DNA from: a bacterium | GTDB lineage: Bacteria; Electryoneota; RPQS01 | Assembly: GCA_013360195.1 (NCBI GenBank) | Contig: JABWCQ010000002.1 | Span: 62,932 to 126,931 of the forward strand | Reading direction: 5' to 3' | DNA: 64,000 nucleotides | Shown: positions 39,501 through 47,686 of the stretch, one piece after another | How positions within the stretch are numbered: the first letter of the stretch is position 1 | Layout: each line of letters begins with the position of its first letter | Notes under the pieces: generated by a model | Seen by the model: the letters and a program-made list of their open reading frames with translations, nothing else | Database searches by the model: none | Told to the model about the DNA's origin: nothing | Position numbers and translations under genes: made by a program

Positions 39501-40532
39501 CACCAGTCTCCTCAGCGTCGGAACATCGATGAGGACGTGTGGGCGGACTTTCAGGGCATCGTTGAGGCACGAGTATTTGACTCCGAAGACTCAGCAGCTT
39601 ACTATTTCCCAAATCCTGCGAATTGCAGTGTTCCCTTGCAAACACCATTTTATTATGGGCTGCCTGGCAATGCAATTTTCCGCGGCAGGTCTTCAATCGT
39701 AAATGGAAGATTTAACGTTGTGTTTCGCGTGCCACGCGATATTCAGTATGGTGGCGAGAATGCAAAAGTCAGTCTCTACTTTTTTGGAAAATCAGAGAGT
39801 GAAAGTGACTCGGCGGATGGGATTGGCATCGAACAGCCACTTAGGATTGCAAGCGCAGCAGCGGCTGTTACTGATACAGTACCTCCCGTAATCGGTGCCT
39901 GGCTCGAAAATACGTCCTTTCGGTCCGGTGACCAAGTCAGCCGCTCACCGCGCTTAATAGTTCGATTAAGTGACGAATCGGGCCTCAATCTGTCAGGCGA
40001 AGTCGGTCACAAGATAACAGCCCGAATCGATGAAGCCCAAGCAGAGGACATAACGCAGTTTTTCAATTATGACGTAGATAGCTACACAGATGGTGAGCTA
40101 GTTCGAACCATTGGTCCGCTTTCTGAAGGTTTTCATCGCTTGACCGTCGAAGCTTGGGATTCCTTTAACAATCTGAACTTACAGACCTTGGATTTTGTCG
40201 TGGGTCAGCAGGCCGAAGAGGGATTTGCAATAAACGACGTCTTAAACTGGCCGAACCCGATGTCATCTGAAACTTATTTCACGTATTCTTTAACGCAGGA
40301 AGGGACGAGAGACGTCAGGATACGTGTTTTCACAATCAGCGGAAAGCTGGTGGCTGAATTAGACGGCCTTGGGACCAGGCAGCTTTACAACAGTAATAGT
40401 GATCGGCCGTGGCTCGGCCGAGATGATGAAGGATATGAGTTGGCGAACGGAGTTTACTTCTACAAGGTGATTGCCACACATGAGAGAGGATACTCAGCCG
40501 AGGCGACCGGTAAGCTCGTTATTTTGCGATAA
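36579..40532 (+). CDS. porU: C25-family (gingipain-like) cysteine peptidase with T9SS C-terminal domain, PorU-like sortase candidate
   Basis: Signal peptide 'MLKTNSLRIRAIVLVCAVFACHVSSA' (start set at ATG 36579, in frame with the 36540 ORF); C25 His/Cys dyad context 'VNYVGHGNERVW' and 'VIVAGTCTWGGF'; 'YVLFVGDGDYDYR'; C-terminal 'WPNPMSSETYF...NGVYFYKVIATHERG...KLVILR' sorting domain; immediately followed by a porV-like gene, as in P. gingivalis and F. johnsoniae. Confidence 0.6.
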   Translation: MLKTNSLRIRAIVLVCAVFACHVSSASEVRVVSSDDSGVEFVWSSGIQSAKLHGTSDLRAVLRSADWITQSGALIPVIKLLVACPTGSTPRLEVQRVETRLLNMDLPPAEELPEVSSAVNTDVRISGVEQWRGFTIAHIEIRAASPSSQGTSVLETVHATVRFVGGLDQKGPFAREEKLLKDLVINGREATHWWTPSSRILQSLDASNEAWPDIQLHKLAVTETGFHVMTAEWLQVQGIQVVGVASDRIRMFGNGGRLLPAGLISVPDSVLKEISILIEDGNDGSIDQGDRIIFYGEGLKGFDYCDGSLLNDHGHASPYSMENIYWIGIGGADDQGLRMDTIQSLSQTVPVDTVLGQVYLDQEQFIYAVSGLQSNSGVVWYMATLDASSTRTISVNLDAVSSGRGSLRIRMDSISGSGNNFNVYVNDTPVSIGAYTTPLTIQIPEGVFRTGSNTVRFENNTTRQVLLNYIEVEYDKTLQSATGVIEFPAPRNQTGAFRYETGLNQDAYLAEISNPLSPRIARGSIVTDSSFATGQRRYFGANQGGSRFRTPVYRGRKSFDASDYQMLRDQANEAGIVIITYDDWYDELEPLIAMHAQYEEEPLKAVRVKISHIYDEFSWGVKDPTAIRNFLRYAHENWRGPAGNAESPRYVLFVGDGDYDYRNLTSSSDDNWIPPWESLGTCTDDYYVDFDDSESLLDMMSGRWPVQSASEVEAIVEKTVNYALTPLYGPWKNTATFVADDEWKSGFCSEDFHTEDSEDLINDVLPEYFTFRKLYQILYPFRQSTSTSLKPDGTRDLIETINSGTLLVNYVGHGNERVWTDEQLFVMDRDFPLIDNHRLWPVIVAGTCTWGGFDRPNERCFPELLLGADDIGSIACIAATRFTFVSQNQLLTEEFYREIFRQGIEMRRSLGEALLLVKPLRADNKLYHTLGNPVLRLATPEYFAHVDQRDDSLQAGGLFQLSGFVSRTDDSNESHQSPQRRNIDEDVWADFQGIVEARVFDSEDSAAYYFPNPANCSVPLQTPFYYGLPGNAIFRGRSSIVNGRFNVVFRVPRDIQYGGENAKVSLYFFGKSESESDSADGIGIEQPLRIASAAAAVTDTVPPVIGAWLENTSFRSGDQVSRSPRLIVRLSDESGLNLSGEVGHKITARIDEAQAEDITQFFNYDVDSYTDGELVRTIGPLSEGFHRLTVEAWDSFNNLNLQTLDFVVGQQAEEGFAINDVLNWPNPMSSETYFTYSLTQEGTRDVRIRVFTISGKLVAELDGLGTRQLYNSNSDRPWLGRDDEGYELANGVYFYKVIATHERGYSAEATGKLVILR

Positions 40533-40563
40533 CAAGAACTGAACATAGAATGCAGGAGAACAA

Positions 40564-41610
40564 ATGAAGAAGCGGATTTTTGCAATCTGCCTGACTTTGC
40601 TGGGAGTTTTCACCCATCAAGTGTATGCTGCGAGTGTAAGTCAAGCAACATTGCTCTTCCTCAAAATTGCACCTGGCGCGAGACCAGCCGGAATGGGCGA
40701 GACCTTTGTCGCCCTGGCAGATGACGCTACTGCGACGTGGTGGAATCCTGCCGGGCTGGCATTTCAGCGCGGTAATGAAGTGACAATGATGTATTCACGT
40801 TGGCTGCCCCAGTTCAATCTTTCAGACCTTTATTACGCGTTTCTGAGCGGCACTTACGAAGTACCTGAATGGGGCACATTTGGAGCGAACATCGTGTTCC
40901 TAAATCTTGGTGAGACACAGCGAACCGGCCCGTCAGGCGAGGCCCTTGGTACGTTCTCATCCTATGAAATGGCGGTGACAGGTACATACGGTGCACTCAT
41001 TGACGAGAACACTTCAATGGGTGTCGGCCTCAAGCTTGCATATAGTAATCTTTCACCTGTCGGTGCAGGTGCTGAGCAAGGCAAAGGAACTGCAACTGCA
41101 ATCGCCGCGGACATTGGCTTGTTGCACAAAGCCACTTTCATGCCTGGCCTCTCGCTCGGAGCAAATTTGTCAAACATGGGACCCAAGGTGTCCTATATCG
41201 ACCGTGCGCAAGCCGATCCTTTGCCAACAACATTGAAATTTGGAATTGCGTACAAGATTCTTGACCAGGAGTATAACAAACTGACCATCGCATCTGACGT
41301 TGACAAGGAACTTGTCAAGCGTGACGAATTCGGTAAGTCAGATGAGTTCTATGAGGCACTTTTCTCGGCCTGGGGTGACGGAGATCTTGTGAAGTCACTG
41401 ATTTGGCACGTGGGTGCCGAGTATTGGTATTCAACTCTCGTTGGTCTTCGCGGTGGTTACTACAATGACCATTTGGGACGGGTATTTCCGTACACGTTTG
41501 GCGTATCTTTGAAATACAGTACGTACCGATTTGATTTCAGTTATCTGACCGCCGGTGAGAATCACCCGTTGACAGACACGATGCGCTATTCACTCTCGGT
41601 GGATTTCTAA
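40564..41610 (+). CDS. porV: PorV/LptO-family outer-membrane beta-barrel
   Basis: Signal peptide 'MKKRIFAICLTLLGVFTHQVYA'; hallmark N-terminal 'FLKIAPGARPAGMGETFVALADDATATWWNPAGLAF'; alternating beta-strand pattern; C-terminal '...YSLSVDF'. Confidence 0.55.
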   Translation: MKKRIFAICLTLLGVFTHQVYAASVSQATLLFLKIAPGARPAGMGETFVALADDATATWWNPAGLAFQRGNEVTMMYSRWLPQFNLSDLYYAFLSGTYEVPEWGTFGANIVFLNLGETQRTGPSGEALGTFSSYEMAVTGTYGALIDENTSMGVGLKLAYSNLSPVGAGAEQGKGTATAIAADIGLLHKATFMPGLSLGANLSNMGPKVSYIDRAQADPLPTTLKFGIAYKILDQEYNKLTIASDVDKELVKRDEFGKSDEFYEALFSAWGDGDLVKSLIWHVGAEYWYSTLVGLRGGYYNDHLGRVFPYTFGVSLKYSTYRFDFSYLTAGENHPLTDTMRYSLSVDF

Positions 41611-41701
41611 ACTGAAAACTCTTGCCTTAATCGGACTTATCGCTGCCTGCCTTTCTGGTTGGTCAGCGCCCGTTTCACATTTCCCGAGCAATCGAGTTCA
41701 T

Positions 41702-44566
41702 GTGAGATCTCTTGACGAGCCTTGGCCGGCCGGTCAGCCTATACGCTTATGTGCTATACGAGTCGAATTTCTGGAGGATAACCTTACCGGAACAACCGGT
41801 ACAGGAAAGTTCAATAGCGGCTTTCCAGATACCCTTACAATTGACCCATTGCCCCACAATCGCCAGTATTTCGAAGACCATCTTGCGTTCATGCAAGACT
41901 ACTTCAATACAGTTTCTAAAGGCATGGTCACCTTTGAACGGCTTGACGTGTATCCGCTCGCACATGACAGTGCCTACACTCTGTCATTCCCTATGTGGCA
42001 CTATAACCATAATTCTGATACGGCTTTGTTGAATCGCCGGCTTGTTGAACTTTTTGCACAATCCACGACCCTGGCTTCATCGGACATCAATTTTGAATCG
42101 TACGATGCAATTCTCGTCTTCCATGCCGGAGTCGGGAAGGACTTCAATATTGGCTTCGACAATACGCCATTTGACATTCCATCCGCCTACATTTCAGAAA
42201 GTGACCTTCGCCGATACAATCTTAACTTACCTTCAGGTGTAACGCGTGGCCTGATCCTTCCTGAAGGTCAGAATCAAGACGAAACCCTCCAACTTGGCGT
42301 CGAACTATCGTTGAATGGTGTCATGATCAAGCTTTTTGGCAACTGGCTCGGCATGCCTGACCTCTACAATACAGAGACAGGCGCGAGTGGCATCGGAAGG
42401 TGGGGTATGATGGATCAGGGATCGGGCAATGTTAATGCAATGGTACCTGCGTATCCCGATGCTTGGTCCAGGGTGTTCATGGGGTGGTCAACTGCAAACA
42501 CAGTGCTTCCTGGCGGAGCCGTGGACACAATCTCCTTGGCACGTCCCGGTAGCGATTCCATTCCAGATATAGTGAAGATTCCAATTTCCGCGAACGAGTA
42601 TTATCTGCTTGAAAACAGGAATGCAGATGCAGATTCGGTGGGTCATGTCGCACTTTATGATCGCGACGGGCGACTAATGACCGTTGACCTCCTCGGCAAT
42701 GTGTATGTTGAGACTGACTTCAAGATACCAGTGCGTGCATCACACTATGATTTTGGAATTCCAGGAAGCGGCATCCTCATATGGCATATCAATGACAGTG
42801 TAGTATCAGCGAATTATTCAACAAATCGAATAAATGCGAACCCGCAATACAGAGGTGTCGATCTGGTTGAGGCCGATGGGTCACAAGATATTGGCCGTGA
42901 ATACGGGTTTGCGACCGCGGGATCCGGCACAGAGTTAGGAGTGCAGGAAGATTGCTGGTACCGCGACAACCGAACGCATAGAAACGCTAACGGAGGCACG
43001 GCATTCGTCAGGTTCAACAACAATACTCGTCCGGCAGCCGTGACTAACGATCAAAGAAAGTCGTACTTGTCGATCGAGAATTTCAGTGATATAGACTCAG
43101 TAATGTCGGCTATGGTGTCGAATTCGATAGCAATGGACGGTTTTCCTGTTCAGCTTGGCACGAATTCTCCGCACAATTGGTCACTTGCCGATATTGATCT
43201 AGACGGCAAACAGGACGTATGCTTTCAGAAAGATAATGAAATTCGTGGAATAGGTAGTGATTCCGGCTTGACCGTACTGAAACGATTTGAAGCGAATGTC
43301 GAGTTCGACTTGCGAGCAAGCCGTTATCCAATAGATGTGAACGATAACGGACACAATGAGATATGGTATGTCGCTGGAAATGACTCATTGGGATTCGTGG
43401 AAGTTACAAATGTTGGTACAATTCAGCGAAATGCTGCTTTGCCAGTAAGTTCGTTTTCAATTGCTAGATTAGAATTCTTGGATACCGATCCAAATTTGGT
43501 AGTGCTCTTTCAAGGGAATGGGACCATGGATTTTCCGAGAAGAGTCACTATTTTCAATTCAAGCCTGAACCTTATTCTTCAGCAGGAAGTCGATTGGGGC
43601 GGATTTCACGGGTTGTCAAATCTGACGTCAGTAGCAGCAGGCAATGTCCTTTTCTGGAGCTCAGACAGGGCACTGCTCTTGGACATTTCAGATTCCGCTC
43701 GCGTTGTTTGGAATGTTGTGTTACACAATTCAAATCAACCCACGATAATCTCTGGACCGGAATCATCGGAGATCTATTTCCCAAATAACGGCTATGTCAA
43801 CTTCGATTCTGGGGCGTTGATTTGTCCAGCTTCAGAATGCCTAGAACCTATAGCCGACTGGGATCAGGACGGTGTAATTGATGGTGGCGGTTCGCGCGGC
43901 GCAGATCACACGCCACGAGAGGACTTTCCTTTCCAAAGTTTGAACATGGATGAGCTGTTTGACCTGAATTTTGATGGTTTTCCAGATCTCTTGCGAGTTA
44001 CCAATGAAAGCAGCAGTTTAACCGATCTCGAAAGCTCGACTGTTCATGCTTTTGATCATCGAGGAGCGCGATACTCCGATTTTCCACTTGTAACATTAGG
44101 AAGACCAACGATCGTCACCCTGGACACTACTGAGCGCAGGTACTATGCGATAACTGAATACCGCAGCGGCAGTCACCACGTAATTGGTCTGCTTCGGCTT
44201 CCAATAGTGCCTGAAGGTCAATCAGCCAAGTCCTATGCAGACGTCGAGAACAGGATAATTTTCCTCGGTCCGTTGCAGAATGAAGTGCACAGCAGGGAAG
44301 AATTCGTATATGTTTGGCCAAATCCGACAAACGCAATTGCTAACTTTAGGATTACATTGCCTTATGCCGCTTCAGTCGAAGCAAAAGTGTTTGATCTTGC
44401 GGGCCGATGCGTGGCAAACTTAAGTACGGAATCAAGCTACGCAGGAACTTTTGACCTTCAGTGGGATACAGTTACAGTTGAGAGTGGAGTGTACTTGGGA
44501 AAAGTATTAGTACATGGTGGTGGTCAATCCCGCGAGAGCACCATCAAGATTGCTGTAGTGAAATGA
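41702..44566 (+). CDS. large exported protein: M6-(InhA)-like domain with substituted zinc-site residues + FG-GAP/VCBS-like repeats + T9SS C-terminal domain
   Basis: 'IKLFGNWLGMPDLYNTETG' aligns to the M6 'HEFGHxLGLPDEYD' zinc site, but H/E/H are K/L/N; FG-GAP-like 'DIDLDGKQDV', 'DWDQDGVIDGGG', 'NFDGFPDLL'; C-terminal 'FVYVWPNPTNAIANFRITL...GVYLGKVLVHGGG' sorting domain; the ORF-track GTG start gives no signal peptide, but the in-frame upstream extension encodes one. Confidence 0.5.
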   Translation: MRSLDEPWPAGQPIRLCAIRVEFLEDNLTGTTGTGKFNSGFPDTLTIDPLPHNRQYFEDHLAFMQDYFNTVSKGMVTFERLDVYPLAHDSAYTLSFPMWHYNHNSDTALLNRRLVELFAQSTTLASSDINFESYDAILVFHAGVGKDFNIGFDNTPFDIPSAYISESDLRRYNLNLPSGVTRGLILPEGQNQDETLQLGVELSLNGVMIKLFGNWLGMPDLYNTETGASGIGRWGMMDQGSGNVNAMVPAYPDAWSRVFMGWSTANTVLPGGAVDTISLARPGSDSIPDIVKIPISANEYYLLENRNADADSVGHVALYDRDGRLMTVDLLGNVYVETDFKIPVRASHYDFGIPGSGILIWHINDSVVSANYSTNRINANPQYRGVDLVEADGSQDIGREYGFATAGSGTELGVQEDCWYRDNRTHRNANGGTAFVRFNNNTRPAAVTNDQRKSYLSIENFSDIDSVMSAMVSNSIAMDGFPVQLGTNSPHNWSLADIDLDGKQDVCFQKDNEIRGIGSDSGLTVLKRFEANVEFDLRASRYPIDVNDNGHNEIWYVAGNDSLGFVEVTNVGTIQRNAALPVSSFSIARLEFLDTDPNLVVLFQGNGTMDFPRRVTIFNSSLNLILQQEVDWGGFHGLSNLTSVAAGNVLFWSSDRALLLDISDSARVVWNVVLHNSNQPTIISGPESSEIYFPNNGYVNFDSGALICPASECLEPIADWDQDGVIDGGGSRGADHTPREDFPFQSLNMDELFDLNFDGFPDLLRVTNESSSLTDLESSTVHAFDHRGARYSDFPLVTLGRPTIVTLDTTERRYYAITEYRSGSHHVIGLLRLPIVPEGQSAKSYADVENRIIFLGPLQNEVHSREEFVYVWPNPTNAIANFRITLPYAASVEAKVFDLAGRCVANLSTESSYAGTFDLQWDTVTVESGVYLGKVLVHGGGQSRESTIKIAVVK

Positions 44567-47500
44567 GAGCAATTTTGCTGTATCTACTTGTTGTCGCGAC
44601 ATTCTCGTCGATTGCCGTTGCGCAAACTGCAGAGTTTAACAGGCCACATTTGGAGTGGATGTCGTTTGAGACGGAGCATTTCATAGTACATTACACGAGT
44701 GGTTTGGAAGATGTTGCCAACATGGCAGCGGATATTGCGGAAAGAATTCATGATCCGCTCTGTCAGGTATACGACTACTATCCCGACACGAAAGTGTCCC
44801 TCATTTTCTCCGACGTTGACGATATTGCCAATGCCGGTTCTTACTTTCAATCAAACAAGATTAAGTTCTACGCAACCTCGATGGCTTGGGACTTTCGTGG
44901 TACACATAATTGGCTGCGAAACGTTGTTACACACGAGTATACGCACATGATCCAGCTTGGCGCAACAAGAAAGTGGTCACGGCGCTTCCCAGCTTTCTAT
45001 GTGCAGGCCTTAGGTTACGAACCCGAACGGCGACCCGACGTTCTATATGGCTACCCGAATACACTTATAAGCTGGCCACTTCCGTCTGTTACAATCCCAG
45101 CTTGGTTTGCTGAAGGAACTGCGCAGTACCAATTTGACGGTGCAGGTTACGATTATTGGGACAGTCACCGCGACATGTTACTTAGGCAGTCAGTCCTTTC
45201 AGATCGTCTTTTGACCTTGGAGGACATGGGTTTTTTTGGAAAAACGAGCCTGGAATCCGAGGGTGTGTACAATCAAGGATTCTCTCTTGTAAAGTATATT
45301 GCAGATAGAAGCAACGGAGTAGAGACTCTTGGCCAGATTTCACGAAAGATGTCGTCGCTTTTACCAGTTACGTTGAATAAGGCTATTGAAAGTGTAACAG
45401 GAAAATCCGGCACGGATTGGTACAACGAGTGGAGTGCTGAACTTCGCACAAAGTATGGTGAAACTAAGAGCATGCTTCTACCATACCTTTCCACATTTGA
45501 TACTCTCGAGAAGTCGGGATTCGTCGGTGCTTATCCTGAATTCTCGACCGATGGTAATAGCCTCCTGTTTATATCAAACTCCGGTCGAGAGTACTTTGGA
45601 CAATCATCTCTGTACTGCTACAATCGACAACTTGATTCCATTTCACTGATTGCACCATCCGTCCAAGGCAATGCATGCTGGGTGCGTGGGGATAGTTCGG
45701 TAGTTTTTACAAGAAGAACGTCAGACAATCCGCATGGTGCGCTGATTTATGATATTTATGCATACGACGTAAACAATAAGCGCGAAGCGCGACTTAGTCG
45801 AGGATTGCGAGCGGAGCATATTGATGTGTCACCTGATGGGAAATACCTGGCATTCACGATTAACGAAGCTGGCCGAAGAGAAATTGCAATTGCCAAGATG
45901 CCTGAACTTGGCAAGTCAATGACCCCATTCGGCAAGGAATCAATACTGTATCGTTTGCCCACATTGCCTCATGAGCAGTACTATTTGCCAAAGTGGTCGC
46001 CGGACGGGCGCAGAATTGCTGCAGCACATCATCTTGATAAGGGACGCAACATACGTGTCTTCCTGTTTGATTCAACATCCGTAGAATTGACTCTGGATTT
46101 GGAAGTGAGCGGAAAAGGAGCCGAGCTTAGAGATCCATCTTGGGCTGCTGATAACAGACATTTATATGTCTCTTATGATGAGAGCGGCATTCAAAACATC
46201 TATAAGCTGTCACTGGAGAATGAGTCTCTTGAAAGGTTGACCGTGGTACTCGGCGGCGCTCATTACCCTGACGAGAACAACGGCAGTTTAGCTTTTGCAG
46301 AGTTTTGTAATGACGGTTTCCGGATTTGCGTAATGGATTCAATCACTCCTGTACGACTTCCACGGAATTCACTTGACTTGGCTGTTTCAAATTATATGGC
46401 AGGTATACCGCGCAATGAGGATATTCCAAGCCCCGTCATTCGAAATGCCTCGCCCTATCGTCCACGATTTGAATCGCTGTATTGGTTTCCGCGAATTGCT
46501 TTTGACTACAATACTTTCAAGCCAGGCACTTATCTCGTTTTGAATGATGTCCTAGACAAGATGACATTTATTGGCGGCGCTGCGCTTAATCAAAAGCGTG
46601 AATATGACATATATGGTCTCGTGGAGTACAAACAGTTTTATCCCACAATATTTGCAGAATACTTTAACATACAGAGAAGACTCACTTCATTTTTCGCCGA
46701 CTCCTCGCGAATTATTGGTGAGGTTGAAGGACCTGATGGCATCAATCCGATATATGATGAGTATAGAATCAGGTATAGATACAATTTAAATGAAGTAAGT
46801 GTCGGACTTGGCGTCCCCCTCAGTTCTGGAACGAACATTAAGTCACGGGCAACATATGATCAGTATGTTGCACACAACCGATTCGACGATGAATCGAGTG
46901 TCAGCCTTACCTATTTCAGAGGGTGGTCATGGAAGACAGGTGTATATACGGATTCCCGCCGCCCAGGTTTGTACACGGAAATTAGTCCAAACAGTGGCTA
47001 TCGAGGCTATTTTGAATACACGAGAGCAAACCATGACTTTATCAGCGATATAGAGATTGGTGGTGATGCCATTGGACTGCGCGAGATATACGACCCCAAT
47101 AACTATGGGCTCTTTGAACTTGGCCTTGAAAAATATTTCAAGTCTCCTATCCACGACCATACAGCTGAAGTTCGCCTTAAGGCTGGATACATGGATGAGA
47201 ACGTAGATCCATTTTTCTATCAATATGCCGGGGGCTTGCCGGGGATGCGGGGCTACTCGTTCTATAGCCTTGGCGGGACTCGAACCGCGGTTGCGACACT
47301 AACGTATCGCTTTCCGCTCATCAGCAGAGCGGCTTTGGGATTGTGGCCGCTTTCGCTCAACAGGGTTTTTGGATCGCTATTTGTTGATGCTGGAGATGCA
47401 TGGGTGGGTGACTACACGGACCGCACGATAAAGAAGGACATCGGTGCAGGTATTCGGGCTCAACTTCATTCCTTCTATTCTTATCCAACTGCAGTTTCTA

Positions 47501-47673
47501 TTGATGTTGCTTATGGCCTGGATGAATTCGATGTAATTGAAGGTGATGTCCTGACCAGTTACGGCGACGAATTGCGCTACTACCTGACCGTTCTGTTTGA
47601 CTTCTACACCCCGATAATTCCACCTGCCAGACATCCGTCAAGCTGCCTCTGTTCGAATTGTACACACAATTAG
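44563..47673 (+). CDS. exported fusion protein: zincin (HExxH) domain + TolB-like beta-propeller + C-terminal Omp85-like beta-barrel
   Basis: Signal peptide 'MRAILLYLLVVATFSSIAVAQ'; 'VVTHEYTHMIQ' HExxH; propeller blades 'EFSTDGNSLLFISN', 'DVSPDGKYLAFT', 'WSPDGRRIAAA', 'SWAADNRHLYVSYD'; C-terminal ~350 aa beta-rich with 'GGLPGMRGYSFYSLGG' (Omp85 loop-6 VRGF/Y-like) and '...YYLTVLFDF' beta-signal-like ending, followed by a 22-aa tail. Confidence 0.45.
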   Translation: MRAILLYLLVVATFSSIAVAQTAEFNRPHLEWMSFETEHFIVHYTSGLEDVANMAADIAERIHDPLCQVYDYYPDTKVSLIFSDVDDIANAGSYFQSNKIKFYATSMAWDFRGTHNWLRNVVTHEYTHMIQLGATRKWSRRFPAFYVQALGYEPERRPDVLYGYPNTLISWPLPSVTIPAWFAEGTAQYQFDGAGYDYWDSHRDMLLRQSVLSDRLLTLEDMGFFGKTSLESEGVYNQGFSLVKYIADRSNGVETLGQISRKMSSLLPVTLNKAIESVTGKSGTDWYNEWSAELRTKYGETKSMLLPYLSTFDTLEKSGFVGAYPEFSTDGNSLLFISNSGREYFGQSSLYCYNRQLDSISLIAPSVQGNACWVRGDSSVVFTRRTSDNPHGALIYDIYAYDVNNKREARLSRGLRAEHIDVSPDGKYLAFTINEAGRREIAIAKMPELGKSMTPFGKESILYRLPTLPHEQYYLPKWSPDGRRIAAAHHLDKGRNIRVFLFDSTSVELTLDLEVSGKGAELRDPSWAADNRHLYVSYDESGIQNIYKLSLENESLERLTVVLGGAHYPDENNGSLAFAEFCNDGFRICVMDSITPVRLPRNSLDLAVSNYMAGIPRNEDIPSPVIRNASPYRPRFESLYWFPRIAFDYNTFKPGTYLVLNDVLDKMTFIGGAALNQKREYDIYGLVEYKQFYPTIFAEYFNIQRRLTSFFADSSRIIGEVEGPDGINPIYDEYRIRYRYNLNEVSVGLGVPLSSGTNIKSRATYDQYVAHNRFDDESSVSLTYFRGWSWKTGVYTDSRRPGLYTEISPNSGYRGYFEYTRANHDFISDIEIGGDAIGLREIYDPNNYGLFELGLEKYFKSPIHDHTAEVRLKAGYMDENVDPFFYQYAGGLPGMRGYSFYSLGGTRTAVATLTYRFPLISRAALGLWPLSLNRVFGSLFVDAGDAWVGDYTDRTIKKDIGAGIRAQLHSFYSYPTAVSIDVAYGLDEFDVIEGDVLTSYGDELRYYLTVLFDFYTPIIPPARHPSSCLCSNCTHN

Positions 47674-47686
47674 CAAGAAATAATAT

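Noticed and set aside
47608-47673. 22-aa tail after the '...LFDF' beta-signal-like motif of the zincin-propeller-barrel protein
   Set aside because: It could indicate a frameshift or read-through artefact, but there is no in-frame stop or obvious indel; kept as part of the CDS and flagged only.
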